64,000 nt of DNA from Candidatus Latescibacterota bacterium (GCA_965203355.1 OZ241889.1:3008001-3072000); one strand, 5' to 3'. Shown: positions 38,431-48,567, counted from the first letter of the stretch. The notes: generated by a model not told the origin, from the letters alone. Numbers and translations are program-made.

Positions 38431-38526
38431 ACGACCCTCTCCTTGCTTGCGCGGTCGCGCAGTTTTCAATAAATAAGCTACTTATCGCTACTAAGGACCC
38501 TTTACGATATATACGGAGCATCAAAA

Positions 38527-39654
38527 ATGAAAATCGCCCAGATCGAATCCTTCCTAATCGGCAACGGCTACATCGTCCGCATTACCACCGACACTGGCCT
38601 GACCGGCATCGGCCAAACCGCCTGCTGGGGCTATCCCACCGCCGTGCAGAGCATCGTCGACGTCTTCAAAGAATACCTCATCGGCCAAAATCCCCTCCGC
38701 ATCGAACACCACTGGCAGCACCTCTACCGCATGGCCCCCTTCCGGGGCACGGCCATCATGGGTGCTGTCTCAGCCGTGGACATCGCTCTGTGGGACATCA
38801 AGGGCAAGCACTTCGAGGTCCCGGTGTGGGAGCTGTTGGGCGGCAACGTCCGCGATAAGATCCGCCTGCACCTGCTGTCTGGAGGCCGCACCCCAGCGGA
38901 CCTGTCTAACGCCGCCCAAACCGCTGTTGCCGAGGGTTTCACCGCCATCAAGTTCGACCCCATAACCACCGACTGCCACGACAAAGGCCAAGCGCGCCTG
39001 ATCCAAACCGCCGTCGAACTGACGGCGGCGGCGCGCCAAGCCGGCGGCCCGGATTTGGACTTGATCGTCGAGTTGCACCGCAAGCTGACGCCCATGATCT
39101 CCTTGGCCCTGGCCGAGGCCCTCAAGCCCTTCCACGTCTTCTTCCTCGAAGACCCGATCCAAATCGACAGCATCTCGGCCCAAGCCCATATCGCGCAAAA
39201 ATCTACCGTGCCCTTCGGCAATGGCGAGCGCTTTGTGTCTATATGGGAATTCCGCGAGTTGTTGGAGCAAGGGGGTCCCCAGTATTTGCGACCGGATGTG
39301 GCCTTGGCCGGCGGTATCTCGCACTGTAAAAAAATTGCCGCCATCGGCGAAGCCTATCACTGCGCGGTAGTAACCCACAACTTTTTGGGGCCGCTGGTCA
39401 CCGCTGCTTCCCTGCACCTCGACGCCTCAATTCCCAACTTTATCACCCAAGAATACACCAAAGGCGACGAAGCCCCACACAACGCGGTCTATCGGTGCGC
39501 GTATAAACGCGAGGGCGGGTACATCCCGATCCCGCAAGCCCCGGGCCTCGGCGTGGAGCTAGACGATGCGTTGATCGCGCAAACGCCCTACAAACCCATC
39601 AACAACGCCTCCACGCCGCTGCGCACCGACGGCTCGGTATCCTATGCCGTATGA
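38527..39654 (+). CDS. Mandelate racemase/enolase superfamily, galactonate dehydratase-like
   Basis: SAVDIALWDIKGK, GFTAIKF, ELHR, LEDP, GER, HN..GP and PGLGVE motifs. Confidence 0.88.
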   Translation: MKIAQIESFLIGNGYIVRITTDTGLTGIGQTACWGYPTAVQSIVDVFKEYLIGQNPLRIEHHWQHLYRMAPFRGTAIMGAVSAVDIALWDIKGKHFEVPVWELLGGNVRDKIRLHLLSGGRTPADLSNAAQTAVAEGFTAIKFDPITTDCHDKGQARLIQTAVELTAAARQAGGPDLDLIVELHRKLTPMISLALAEALKPFHVFFLEDPIQIDSISAQAHIAQKSTVPFGNGERFVSIWEFRELLEQGGPQYLRPDVALAGGISHCKKIAAIGEAYHCAVVTHNFLGPLVTAASLHLDASIPNFITQEYTKGDEAPHNAVYRCAYKREGGYIPIPQAPGLGVELDDALIAQTPYKPINNASTPLRTDGSVSYAV

Positions 39655-39715
39655 GCAAAAGGCCGCCTGACCTCCCGCCCATACCGACGACCACCATCCT
39701 AACACAGGAGGTCCC

Positions 39716-40363
39716 ATGCAGGTCCTAATTTTGTCCGGCCCGAATCATCAGTTTGCGGCCAGTGCCCCGGTCATTCACGAGTTTTTGCAGGCGCACGACG
39801 ATCTGTCCGTCGCGCTTGACGACGACAAGGACGTGTTAGCGTCAGCTAGGCTGCGCGATTTCGATGTGCTGGTCCACGGCACCGGCTTTACGCGGGCTGA
39901 GCGGCGGGCAGACGGCACCGTGCAGCACGTGCCCGAGCTGACGCCCGCACAAGAAGCCGGGGTGTTTGATTTTGTCGCCGGTGGCAAAGGGTGGGTCGGC
40001 ATCCACGGCACCGCGTGGTGTATTGGCGGCAAAGCCGTTGATCTGATCGGCGGTCACGCCAACTGGCACCCGCCGGGCTCGGCCTTCACCGTCTCCATTA
40101 GCGATGGCAATCATCCCGTTACGCACGGCGTACCGGACTTTGACGTGGAAGACGAGATTTACATGTCGGCGTGGGATCCGGCCATCCGCATCTTGGCCAC
40201 CGCCGAGTGGAGCGGCCAGCAGCATCCCTTAGCATGGGTCAAGTCGTACGGCCTAGGGCGCGTGTTTTACACGGCGTTGGGACACGGCCCGGGCACATTT
40301 GCGCGCCTAAGTATGCAGCAGATGATCACGCAAGGCGTGCGGTGGGCCGGGGAAAACTCATAA
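39716..40363 (+). CDS. ThuA-like domain protein
   Basis: GKGWVGIH, HPVT, DEIY and YG.GRVFYTALGH motifs. Confidence 0.88.
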   Translation: MQVLILSGPNHQFAASAPVIHEFLQAHDDLSVALDDDKDVLASARLRDFDVLVHGTGFTRAERRADGTVQHVPELTPAQEAGVFDFVAGGKGWVGIHGTAWCIGGKAVDLIGGHANWHPPGSAFTVSISDGNHPVTHGVPDFDVEDEIYMSAWDPAIRILATAEWSGQQHPLAWVKSYGLGRVFYTALGHGPGTFARLSMQQMITQGVRWAGENS

Positions 40364-42034
40364 AAACCCATCCTTCGCATCCGACCACTGCCCGCAGCGT
40401 ATTTCCAAGGTCCGCACTACCGGCGTCCGCAGGGCGATGAGCACCCGCAGACGCCCCTCGTCAATCTCGCTATTGCGCATCCGCCACATGGTGTGCTCCA
40501 TAGCCCCCGGGCCTATGCGGATGGCGTCGCCGCCCATCCGGTAGAGCGCATAGCCCGCTTTGAGAAAAACCGCCTGCCCAGCACAGCCCTCGACGAGTGC
40601 GCTGTCCATCTCCAAGGTGCCGCCCGGCTCAAAGATCCCTTCAATCTGAAAGGGCACCCCATCAACGCCGCCTGTGGTGCGGATATGGAGATCAAAACCA
40701 CCGGCCACCTCCTCGGCGTACAACTCGACTTCCAGCGGCGGCAGTTCATACGTCGCCCGTCGCCCTCGCACCTCGCGCCAGTTTTGCGCCTGCACCCGCT
40801 CGGCAATCGGCAGCCAGTAGATTCCCCCTACGTAGTCCCTTTCTGGGTAAATGCGGTTGCGGCCCTTGTGCTGCATCCGCACCCCTTTGTCGGCTTCGGC
40901 AAACTCTTCACCGACAAATTGTCCAGTGGCGAAATAGGTCGATGATATTTTCACCGCTGCCAGTTCGGCCTGCCCGCAAACCACGCTAAAAGGCGCGGTC
41001 AAACCCGCAGCAGCCGTAGCACTCACCGCTCCCCGACGCACCCGCCACAAGCCGGAAGTGGGATAGACGCGGCTATAGCTTTGGGGCAAAGGCGTCCGCT
41101 CTATACACGTCGTGCGCCACTCAGGATGCAGGACGTAGTTCGGCAGGCAGACCAAACCGCTGCCGCCGCACGCGACCAACCAGTCGGCCACGGCGGCGTA
41201 AAAACCATGGCCGTCTAAATGGGCCAAGGCGTGATAGCCATCGGCCAAACCAGTGGGTACGGCGCGCGTATCCCGGTCTTGGCGCGTGGAAATGCTGGTC
41301 ACCGCCGTGGCGTCGGCGTGGAGGAGATGGTAGGACCAATCCAAGTTGCGCCGCACGGGCTCCAGCAGATCGGGCCGGTCGAGCACCTGCGCTGCGCGGA
41401 TTAAGGCGCGATTGACCACCGCATTGTACACGCCCGTGCTCCGCTCGCTGTACTCGCCATCGGCGTTGACATCAATGCCTTCGCCGAGGTACGCATCTAC
41501 CGTCTCGCTCACCGCGAGTTCTGGATAGAGTGCTTGGGCTTGGGCCAAGGCGGCGACCAGCACCCAGCGGTGATTGGGCGTGTGGAAACCGCCAGCGACC
41601 ATGCCCGGGGCTCCGGTTTGTATCAACTCGCCTAGGGCTTCGGCGATGGCCGCGGCTCCAGCGTCATCTGTAGCCTGCTGCCGCGCGGCAAATACGACCG
41701 GCGCGATGGCCTGTACCACAAAGCCTGTATCCGGGGCGGAGTCGAAATTGGTGGTCAGTAAGTCGAAGCAACCTGACGGGTTCCGCTGCCGACGAGCAAA
41801 CGCGGCGGCCAACAGGATCCGCTGTACGAGCATTTCGCTGCGGTAGTGGCGCGACTCGGGCAGGAGATAGGCGTAGCCAAGCGACGCGACCGCGCTGATG
41901 CTTTGCGAACCCACCAGCCGGTCGCGGTCGATAAAGCCGCCGCAATAGGGGTTTTCCGCGTCCAGCACTTGGCGCGTCAGCACGCCCTCGATCTGCTGGT
42001 CTAGTTCGCCGACGAGCGGCGCGTACGCGATCAT
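40358..42034 (-). CDS. Conserved hypothetical protein (heparinase II/III-like architecture suspected)
   Basis: 558 aa; GGFHTPNHRWV and DGEYSERS.G.YN motifs. Confidence 0.65.
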   Translation of the reverse strand: MIAYAPLVGELDQQIEGVLTRQVLDAENPYCGGFIDRDRLVGSQSISAVASLGYAYLLPESRHYRSEMLVQRILLAAAFARRQRNPSGCFDLLTTNFDSAPDTGFVVQAIAPVVFAARQQATDDAGAAAIAEALGELIQTGAPGMVAGGFHTPNHRWVLVAALAQAQALYPELAVSETVDAYLGEGIDVNADGEYSERSTGVYNAVVNRALIRAAQVLDRPDLLEPVRRNLDWSYHLLHADATAVTSISTRQDRDTRAVPTGLADGYHALAHLDGHGFYAAVADWLVACGGSGLVCLPNYVLHPEWRTTCIERTPLPQSYSRVYPTSGLWRVRRGAVSATAAAGLTAPFSVVCGQAELAAVKISSTYFATGQFVGEEFAEADKGVRMQHKGRNRIYPERDYVGGIYWLPIAERVQAQNWREVRGRRATYELPPLEVELYAEEVAGGFDLHIRTTGGVDGVPFQIEGIFEPGGTLEMDSALVEGCAGQAVFLKAGYALYRMGGDAIRIGPGAMEHTMWRMRNSEIDEGRLRVLIALRTPVVRTLEIRCGQWSDAKDGFL

Positions 42035-42990
42035 CTCGGCTCCAGCGACCGATACGCCGCCTCGGTGAACTTGGCTACTGCCACGGCGAAATCCGGCCGC
42101 TCATAGCCCTTGCCGCCATTGCGGATCCAGCGCAAAAAGGCCGCGTCCGGCGTATCTTCCTTCATCCGCTTAGGCACCACCAACGGCTCCCCGTTCAACA
42201 ACACCTCCCGCACCTGCCACTGGTGTAGATGAAAAACCAAGGTTCCCTTGTCGCCGTGGATGGACAGCCGCTCGTCGTGCCGGCTCGCGCTGCCAATAAA
42301 GCTCAGCGACCCTAACGCACCGCCGCGAAAACGCGCGTTGACCACCGCATCCATATCCACTCGTTTGCCGCGCTTGTCCATAAAGGCCGAGACCTTTACC
42401 GGCGTCAAGCCGGTCATCCACAGCACGGCGGCCACCAAGTGACTGCCCGTGTCCATGAACATCCCGCCTCCGGCCAACTCGGGCACCATCCGCCAGCCCC
42501 GGCCGCCCCAGTTTTGCGTCACGTACGCGACAACCCCCTTGAGTTCGCCGATCGCCCCCTTCTGCACCAACTCGCGCACATACGCATACGCCGGATAAAA
42601 ATGGCGCTGATAGCTTATTACCAACACGCGCGCCCGCTCGGCGGCCAGATCGACCAGCGCTTGGGCGTGGCGCACCTTTGTCGTCAGGGGTTTTTCGATC
42701 AAAACGTGCAACTCCCGCTCTAGCGCGTAGCGTGCCTGCGCATAGTGGGTCGAATGCGGCGAGGAGATCAGCACTCCGTCGAGCGCGTTTGCGTCAATCA
42801 TCTGCTGGTAGTCGGCGTAATAGGTGGCCTCAGCCCCCCACGCTTCAAGCAATTGCCGCGCCGATCCCTCCTCCGGGTCGGCGACCGCCACCAGTTCTAC
42901 GCGGCCATCGGCTTTTAGCCGGGGAATGTGCGCACCGCGCATGTTGCCGCCACAGCCAATTAGGCCGAGGCGAATCTTCTTTTTTGCCAT
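42031..42990 (-). CDS. Gfo/Idh/MocA family oxidoreductase
   Basis: LGLIGCGG, HVLIEKP and GGGMFMDTGSH motifs. Confidence 0.92.
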   Translation of the reverse strand: MAKKKIRLGLIGCGGNMRGAHIPRLKADGRVELVAVADPEEGSARQLLEAWGAEATYYADYQQMIDANALDGVLISSPHSTHYAQARYALERELHVLIEKPLTTKVRHAQALVDLAAERARVLVISYQRHFYPAYAYVRELVQKGAIGELKGVVAYVTQNWGGRGWRMVPELAGGGMFMDTGSHLVAAVLWMTGLTPVKVSAFMDKRGKRVDMDAVVNARFRGGALGSLSFIGSASRHDERLSIHGDKGTLVFHLHQWQVREVLLNGEPLVVPKRMKEDTPDAAFLRWIRNGGKGYERPDFAVAVAKFTEAAYRSLEPR

Positions 42991-43008
42991 TGCGTTCCTC
43001 TCAGTTGA

Positions 43009-43536
43009 CTAGGTTGTAGTAGGGGCCAGAGGTTGGTTGCCAAGGAAAGCGTTAGGTTCACTGTCGGGCTCTCGTGCCTTAAGCCTTTGATCCTTTGTCC
43101 AGATATGTACCCGCCATGCTTGGCCTCGATAGGTCGTCTGGCGAAGACGTCTAGCCTCATCAATGAGCGTGGTATCGACAAGGCTCATCCCTTTTTCACG
43201 AGCATGATCAACAAAACCGTTTATAAGTCTTTCTACTGCATCCCGGTCCATTGGTGGCAACAAATTCCAAGGATGGCCTTCGTGGATGCTGGAGATTACG
43301 GTATCCCTGAGTTTCTCCGATAACTTCCTGCGTATTCTACCATCTGATACATCGGCAATGTGGCCTGCCAATTCAAAGATTGCCGGCAGACTAACGTACA
43401 ATCTCGTCCCAGCCTCTACAGCCGCGGCAAAACGCTTTCTTACCTCGGAGATCGATCCTTCTGAGGAATAGTGGGGTAAGGCGAAAAGCTCGCAGAGATA
43501 GCTCGTATCGATCACGTACACGGGAATGGCCGTCAC
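43009..43536 (-). CDS. PIN domain protein
   Basis: YVIDTSYL, E, SLVD and WTKD..L acidic PIN motifs; GTGA overlap with the ATPase stop. Confidence 0.8.
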   Translation of the reverse strand: MTAIPVYVIDTSYLCELFALPHYSSEGSISEVRKRFAAAVEAGTRLYVSLPAIFELAGHIADVSDGRIRRKLSEKLRDTVISSIHEGHPWNLLPPMDRDAVERLINGFVDHAREKGMSLVDTTLIDEARRLRQTTYRGQAWRVHIWTKDQRLKAREPDSEPNAFLGNQPLAPTTT

Positions 43537-44810
43537 GACAAGTCCTCCAGCCAAGCTAGCGCCTTTTTCTTTTGCCGCACCTCAAATTCTGGAGCCAGAT
43601 ACTGATCGATAACCCGGCGCGTCACCAGATCGCCAAGGCGACCGCGCTCTAGAAACTCGTCGTATCGAGGTAGTTCGTCGAGCCGAACTAGGCTGGTGCT
43701 CTCATTTGCGGCGTCCCAAGTACATAAAACCACCCCTTCTAGCTGATCCCGCGTGAGAAAGTTCATCGTGGCTGGATTGTGTGTGGTTACCAAAACCTTC
43801 AAACGGCGATTCTTAGCAACTGTGGAAATCGCCTCAGTGAGAACCCCAACTCGACTAGGGTGCAGTCCATTATCAAACTCCTCAACAACGATACGGGAGC
43901 CTTCGGAGACCGTCTCAAACGCGGTGAGAATCGCCAGTGTTCTCAGTGTTCCATCTGACAGAACACGCGCATCAACCTTGTATCCTGAACTTTCTTGCAA
44001 GCCGAAAATCACGTCTTTCAACTTCGTCAGCGTGAAATCGAACTGCTGGTATGGCTCATCAGGCAACTGACGAATTTTCTCAAGAAGTCGTTGTAAGGTC
44101 GCTCGCTGCTCTTCATCTCCCTCGCCGAGTCCATACAAAACGGCCGACAAGTTGGACCCATTCTTCTTCAGAACGGTGTCCCCAAGACGCTCATAGCTAC
44201 GCATCAGTCTAGGATCGGGATCAAAGACAAAAGACGCTTGTAGGTGAAACATGATATTCTGTACAAGCTGAAAACAATTTTTGTCCGATATATTTGCGGC
44301 GAATTCTCGATATTGTGATAGCATTGATCGATCCGAAGATACCTGTATTTGCGGCTTTATGCCACCGCGCGCGAAATTGTTGTATCGGACCGTGAGATCA
44401 CGGGATGTCGAGTTTGACTGTTGAGGCAGAGTCTCATAAAGTATCATGTCGCCAACCTCGAGCTTTTCAGCTACGATCTGAGGATACGGTCGCGTACAAA
44501 TCTCAACGGTATACATAAATGGGCGACGCTCGCCTTTAAACCTGATACTTGCAGAGAAACCGAGCTCGAATCGGTCTCCCCCTTCCCAGCCACAAGTCTG
44601 CAATCCACCTCGTACCTCGAGACCACTATTTCCCCTCCCAACATCGCCTATCTCGTATAACGGCTGACCACGGGCGACGAAGGACAGCAATTCGACGGCC
44701 TCAATGACATTACTTTTCCCCGATCCGTTAGGGCCTATTAGCAGACTGAACGGCCTTAGCAGTTCAATCTGGGCTTTGGCGAATCCCTTGTAGTTTCTTA
44801 GATGGTGCAT
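43533..44810 (-). CDS. ABC-type (AAA_21) ATPase; start codon uncertain
   Basis: NYKGF, GPNGSGKSN, LSDGTLR, VEEFDNGLHP and TTHN motifs. Confidence 0.85.
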   Translation of the reverse strand: MHHLRNYKGFAKAQIELLRPFSLLIGPNGSGKSNVIEAVELLSFVARGQPLYEIGDVGRGNSGLEVRGGLQTCGWEGGDRFELGFSASIRFKGERRPFMYTVEICTRPYPQIVAEKLEVGDMILYETLPQQSNSTSRDLTVRYNNFARGGIKPQIQVSSDRSMLSQYREFAANISDKNCFQLVQNIMFHLQASFVFDPDPRLMRSYERLGDTVLKKNGSNLSAVLYGLGEGDEEQRATLQRLLEKIRQLPDEPYQQFDFTLTKLKDVIFGLQESSGYKVDARVLSDGTLRTLAILTAFETVSEGSRIVVEEFDNGLHPSRVGVLTEAISTVAKNRRLKVLVTTHNPATMNFLTRDQLEGVVLCTWDAANESTSLVRLDELPRYDEFLERGRLGDLVTRRVIDQYLAPEFEVRQKKKALAWLEDLS

Positions 44811-44877
44811 ATACCTGATTCCCGAAGTGTTATTTTTTCGCAAATGACATTCTGTTCTACCTCGCCGCTGAGTATCT

Positions 44878-45495
44878 TTAGCTGTCCTCGCCAATTCCAA
44901 GTATCTTTGCGACGAATTGCTTTCGTGCATAGAAAGCCCGGCTCGTGCTACCGTGCCCGGCTCCCTTGGTTCTCGGCTGAACTAGTACGCCCATTTTGCC
45001 GGTTAGATGTTCAAAGCCTTTGGTTGCAATACAATTTCTCACCTCTTCATAATCTTTCTTTACTTGTCCATAATCCGCCTTGTTATTGAGATCAAAAGCC
45101 GATACGTTCATTAAAACAGATCGATTCTCGTCTTGAGACTCGAATAATCTGGCGCAAACCACCGCTTTTTTTAATTTTGTGAGTAAGTGGCTTTGTTCAA
45201 AGGGAGTATTTTTGACGTTGATCGGGTCGATCATTGTAACAGCCATAGTCTCTTTAACCGCGATCCTGCCATTAACAAGTCTTTTCAATGGAACGATTTT
45301 CAATTCCCATGATCCAAAATTAGGAGACTGTGCCGAATTGATGGGAAGTCCTAAGTACCTTTCAAGCAGATGACCTGCCCACCCTTTGTTCTTTTTGCTT
45401 CCTCTCCAAATGTTCACTCCATATTGAGGGGCAAGTGAAACCAAATCCTGTCCCTTCAGCAGTTTCAGCTTGCTGATTGCAGTTTCTCTTTCCAT
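44878..45495 (-). CDS. MutH/Sau3AI (MvaI/BcnI)-like endonuclease
   Basis: 205 aa; NKGWAG..LE..LG, PNF..WELK.VP, KETMAVT, QPRTKG and RAFYAR motifs. Confidence 0.8.
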   Translation of the reverse strand: MERETAISKLKLLKGQDLVSLAPQYGVNIWRGSKKNKGWAGHLLERYLGLPINSAQSPNFGSWELKIVPLKRLVNGRIAVKETMAVTMIDPINVKNTPFEQSHLLTKLKKAVVCARLFESQDENRSVLMNVSAFDLNNKADYGQVKKDYEEVRNCIATKGFEHLTGKMGVLVQPRTKGAGHGSTSRAFYARKQFVAKILGIGEDS

Positions 45496-45506
45496 TGAAT
45501 ATATCC

Positions 45507-46409
45507 TTACGCAAAATCTAGGGACGATTGTTGGTTGCTCATCGAGTCCCTCAAACGTTCCATGGATAGATTGATAAACTCAGGTTCGAGTTCTGTCCCC
45601 ACGAATCTTCGGCGGAGGTTCACAGCGGCTACGCCTGTGGTTGAACTACCGGAAAAAGGATCGAAGATCAAATCTCCCGCGTTTGTTGATGCCATGATTA
45701 TCCTCTCTATAAGCGCAACGGGCTTTTGAGTAGGATGTTTACCAAATTTCTTTTCTTCTTTTTTAGGGGATATAAACGACCATACTGATTTCATCTGTTT
45801 GCCATGATTCAATTCCCGCATTTTGGCATAGTTAAAACAGTGCTTTGACTTCTCATTCTTAGCGGCCCAGATGATAGTTTCCGTTGCGTGAGTAAAATAG
45901 CGGCGAGATAGATTCGGAGGAGGATTGGGCTTTTCCCATGTAATATCGTTGAGAACTTTCATTCCTATCTGTTGCATCGCATAACCCACAGAGTGAATGA
46001 CATGTTGGGTTCCAGATACCCAGATCGTTCCGTCGGATTTCAATACTCTTTGACACCTCGATAGCCAAGCAGTATTGAACTCGTGATTTATTTCTGGCCC
46101 CTTGGATTTGTCCCACTCTCCCTTATCAACCTTCACCATTTTTCCAGCGTGGCAGGTAATCCCTCCATTTGAAAGAAAGTATGGCGGATCTGCAAATATC
46201 ATATCGAATGTACCCGCTGGGTATTTGCTGATGACCATATCCAAAAACTCAAGACAATTAGCCCGATATAGCCAGACGCCGAATTCACTATTGTAGAATG
46301 CACATTGGTTCGGTGAGTATTCAGAACGCTCCATGACCAGCAAAGGCAGGGGACTTTCTTGCGGTTGTTCATAACTAGCCCCTTGCTCGTATTTCATCTG
46401 GATAGTCAT
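45507..46409 (-). CDS. Beta-class N6-adenine DNA methyltransferase, DpnA (M2.DpnII)-like
   Basis: DMIFADPPYFLSNGG, W.KPNPPPNL, GKQMKSVW, KHPTQKP and DPFSGS.TTG motifs. Confidence 0.9.
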   Translation of the reverse strand: MTIQMKYEQGASYEQPQESPLPLLVMERSEYSPNQCAFYNSEFGVWLYRANCLEFLDMVISKYPAGTFDMIFADPPYFLSNGGITCHAGKMVKVDKGEWDKSKGPEINHEFNTAWLSRCQRVLKSDGTIWVSGTQHVIHSVGYAMQQIGMKVLNDITWEKPNPPPNLSRRYFTHATETIIWAAKNEKSKHCFNYAKMRELNHGKQMKSVWSFISPKKEEKKFGKHPTQKPVALIERIIMASTNAGDLIFDPFSGSSTTGVAAVNLRRRFVGTELEPEFINLSMERLRDSMSNQQSSLDFA

Positions 46410-46486
46410 CTCCTTTCGTATGTGGATTCGGTTTGAGTAAGGCCAAATTGTCGAGTACGAGCGAAAAACGACGGCAACGCCCGTCC

Positions 46487-47272
46487 TCAATCTACTAGAC
46501 TAAAAAGCGACGCGACCCCGCCAAACATCCCCGGAAAGCGGAACACGGCCTCGTCCTGGTCGCGGATGCGCGCGAGAACTGCTTCGTCGAGCAAGGCACG
46601 CTGGCGGTCGAAAAGGGCTTGCTCCTCTGCGACCGCGTACGAACCCTCGCGCCGCGCCTGCTCTTGTGCGGCGGCAATTTCAGGTTCGTCAGCCAGCTTT
46701 TCCACCATGGTCCCGAAGAAGCGTTCCAGCAGCAGGCGATGTCCGCCAGCGGATGCCTGAGTAGCGGCCGCGTCAAAAGCGGCGTGGCACTTCACCAGCC
46801 GCGCACGCCAGTCATCGGGCACCTCGCCATCGAGGGTAAAGGGCGCGGCGTGACCCAATAGCGGCGTACGATCCTCGGTCTGGAACGCCACGAGTACGCG
46901 GCAATGCTCCGAGGGCCGGGCGCGGAACCGGACGACGCGCCCCGGCGCAATATTGGCGATCTTCCCGGCTGCGAGCGGCTGCGTTGTCACCCCGTCCATG
47001 GAGAGCACATCTAGATACGCCTCGGCGCAGAAGTGAGCGACGATATGCTCACGGGGTCGCCCTTGTATCCCGCAACGCCCAAAAGGCAGCGAATACACCC
47101 AGCCGCCATCCGTCGCCTCCTCTCTTTGCCCGCACAACTGGCGCAAGGCGCGGCAAAGGCGCTCGGCTTCGCTCGCCGCATCCGTAGGCTGTGTTGCCCC
47201 ATCCACTTCCACCCGATAAGGCACCCCGTACCCAAACAACCGCGCCCTCAACGGATCACCCATTTCGTTCAT
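46487..47272 (-). CDS. Hypothetical protein, possibly a degenerate cupin
   Basis: 261 aa with host-like GC; HFCAEAY...PL..G.....PG pattern; overlaps the DegT gene end. Confidence 0.5.
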   Translation of the reverse strand: MNEMGDPLRARLFGYGVPYRVEVDGATQPTDAASEAERLCRALRQLCGQREEATDGGWVYSLPFGRCGIQGRPREHIVAHFCAEAYLDVLSMDGVTTQPLAAGKIANIAPGRVVRFRARPSEHCRVLVAFQTEDRTPLLGHAAPFTLDGEVPDDWRARLVKCHAAFDAAATQASAGGHRLLLERFFGTMVEKLADEPEIAAAQEQARREGSYAVAEEQALFDRQRALLDEAVLARIRDQDEAVFRFPGMFGGVASLFSLVD

Positions 47273-48548
47273 CCGCTAGCAACGCTTCGGCGCACTCGGC
47301 GACCTTGCGGAAAGCTGTGGCGTATTGCTCGATGATGGTGGCGTCGTAGTGCTTAAACCACGGAATCGAATAGACGCGGCCGGTCGTGCGCTCGGTCACT
47401 GGCAGACTGCCCGGCCCCTGCCGCAGGTCGCGGTTGGCGTGGGCAATGCGCGTAGGTTGGCCGTGGCCGTAGATATCGGCCTCGTTGAGCACGGGGTGTA
47501 GGTGCATCAGTTCATTGGCTCCCGGCATGATCCTGTACGACCCGGTCTCGGCCGTGACGGCCGCACAAAAGCGCTCAACCGGTAGGCCGCCTAGCTCCTC
47601 GGGCACGTACAACCCTTTGGCCGCATACCAGCCGCCCATCGTCGAGCCGCTGTCAGCCGGCGGTCGATGCGCCCGCAGCCCTCGGACGCCGGCGAGTAGG
47701 TCCCAGAAATAATTCATCGCCCGCTGAATTTCCTGCATCCGCTCGTCGTAGTGCTTTAGCTGTGTGCGGCCCACCGCCGACGACAACTGATGCATCCGGT
47801 ATTTGTATCCGCCCAGCGGCATCCTAGCAAAAGGCTTCAGCGCGGGATTTTCTAAAGAGCGAGTGCGCTCGTAATGCCCAAAGGCCACAGCACGCTCGTA
47901 CAGGGCCTGGTCGTCGGTGACCAAAAAGCCCCCCTCACCGCAGGCCAGCGACTTGCCCGACATAATCGACATCGCGCCGATGTGGCCGATTGTACCCAGC
48001 AACCGTCCCTTGTAGCGACCGCCTTGGGCGTGCGAGACATCTTCAATCACCTTCAGCCCGTGCCGCTGGGCAATGTCCATGATCGGGTCCATGTCGGCGG
48101 GATAGGCGCAGTAATGCACGGGGACAATGGCCTTCGTCCGCTCAGTAATGCGGTGCTCAATGTCGTCCGGGTCCAGCGTCAGGGTCTCGGGGTCAATTTC
48201 GGCGAACACCACGGTGCCCCCCAGCGAGAACACCTGAAGCGACGTGCCCCAAAAGGTCATGCTCTGCGAAATGACCTCGTCGCCAACGCCGACGCCGCAG
48301 GCCCACAGCGCGGCTTGAATCGCCGCCGTGCCCGTGTTGTGACAGAGGGCGTACTGCAAACCGAAGTAGGACTTCAGGTCCTCTTCAAAGTCTAGGGTTA
48401 GGTCCCAGCCCGACATTGCCCCGCGCCGCAGCACGTCCAGCACCGCGGCCTCGTCCTCGGCGGTGATAATCGGCCAGCGGAAAATGTCGCCTTCGTCAGC
48501 CGTGACGGCCTTGGGGCCACCGAAGAAGGCTAACTTGCTCATCGCCAT
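47256..48548 (-). CDS. DegT/DnrJ/EryC1/StrS PLP aminotransferase
   Basis: GTAAI, GVGVGDEVI, EDVSHAQG and SGKSLACGEGG motifs. Confidence 0.92.
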   Translation of the reverse strand: MAMSKLAFFGGPKAVTADEGDIFRWPIITAEDEAAVLDVLRRGAMSGWDLTLDFEEDLKSYFGLQYALCHNTGTAAIQAALWACGVGVGDEVISQSMTFWGTSLQVFSLGGTVVFAEIDPETLTLDPDDIEHRITERTKAIVPVHYCAYPADMDPIMDIAQRHGLKVIEDVSHAQGGRYKGRLLGTIGHIGAMSIMSGKSLACGEGGFLVTDDQALYERAVAFGHYERTRSLENPALKPFARMPLGGYKYRMHQLSSAVGRTQLKHYDERMQEIQRAMNYFWDLLAGVRGLRAHRPPADSGSTMGGWYAAKGLYVPEELGGLPVERFCAAVTAETGSYRIMPGANELMHLHPVLNEADIYGHGQPTRIAHANRDLRQGPGSLPVTERTTGRVYSIPWFKHYDATIIEQYATAFRKVAECAEALLADERNG

Positions 48549-48567
48549 ACCATGCTCTTTCTACGCG

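Noticed and set aside
43533-44810. ATPase as part of a retron or Septu system
   Set aside because: No reverse transcriptase or HNH partner is adjacent; the coupled partner is a PIN protein.
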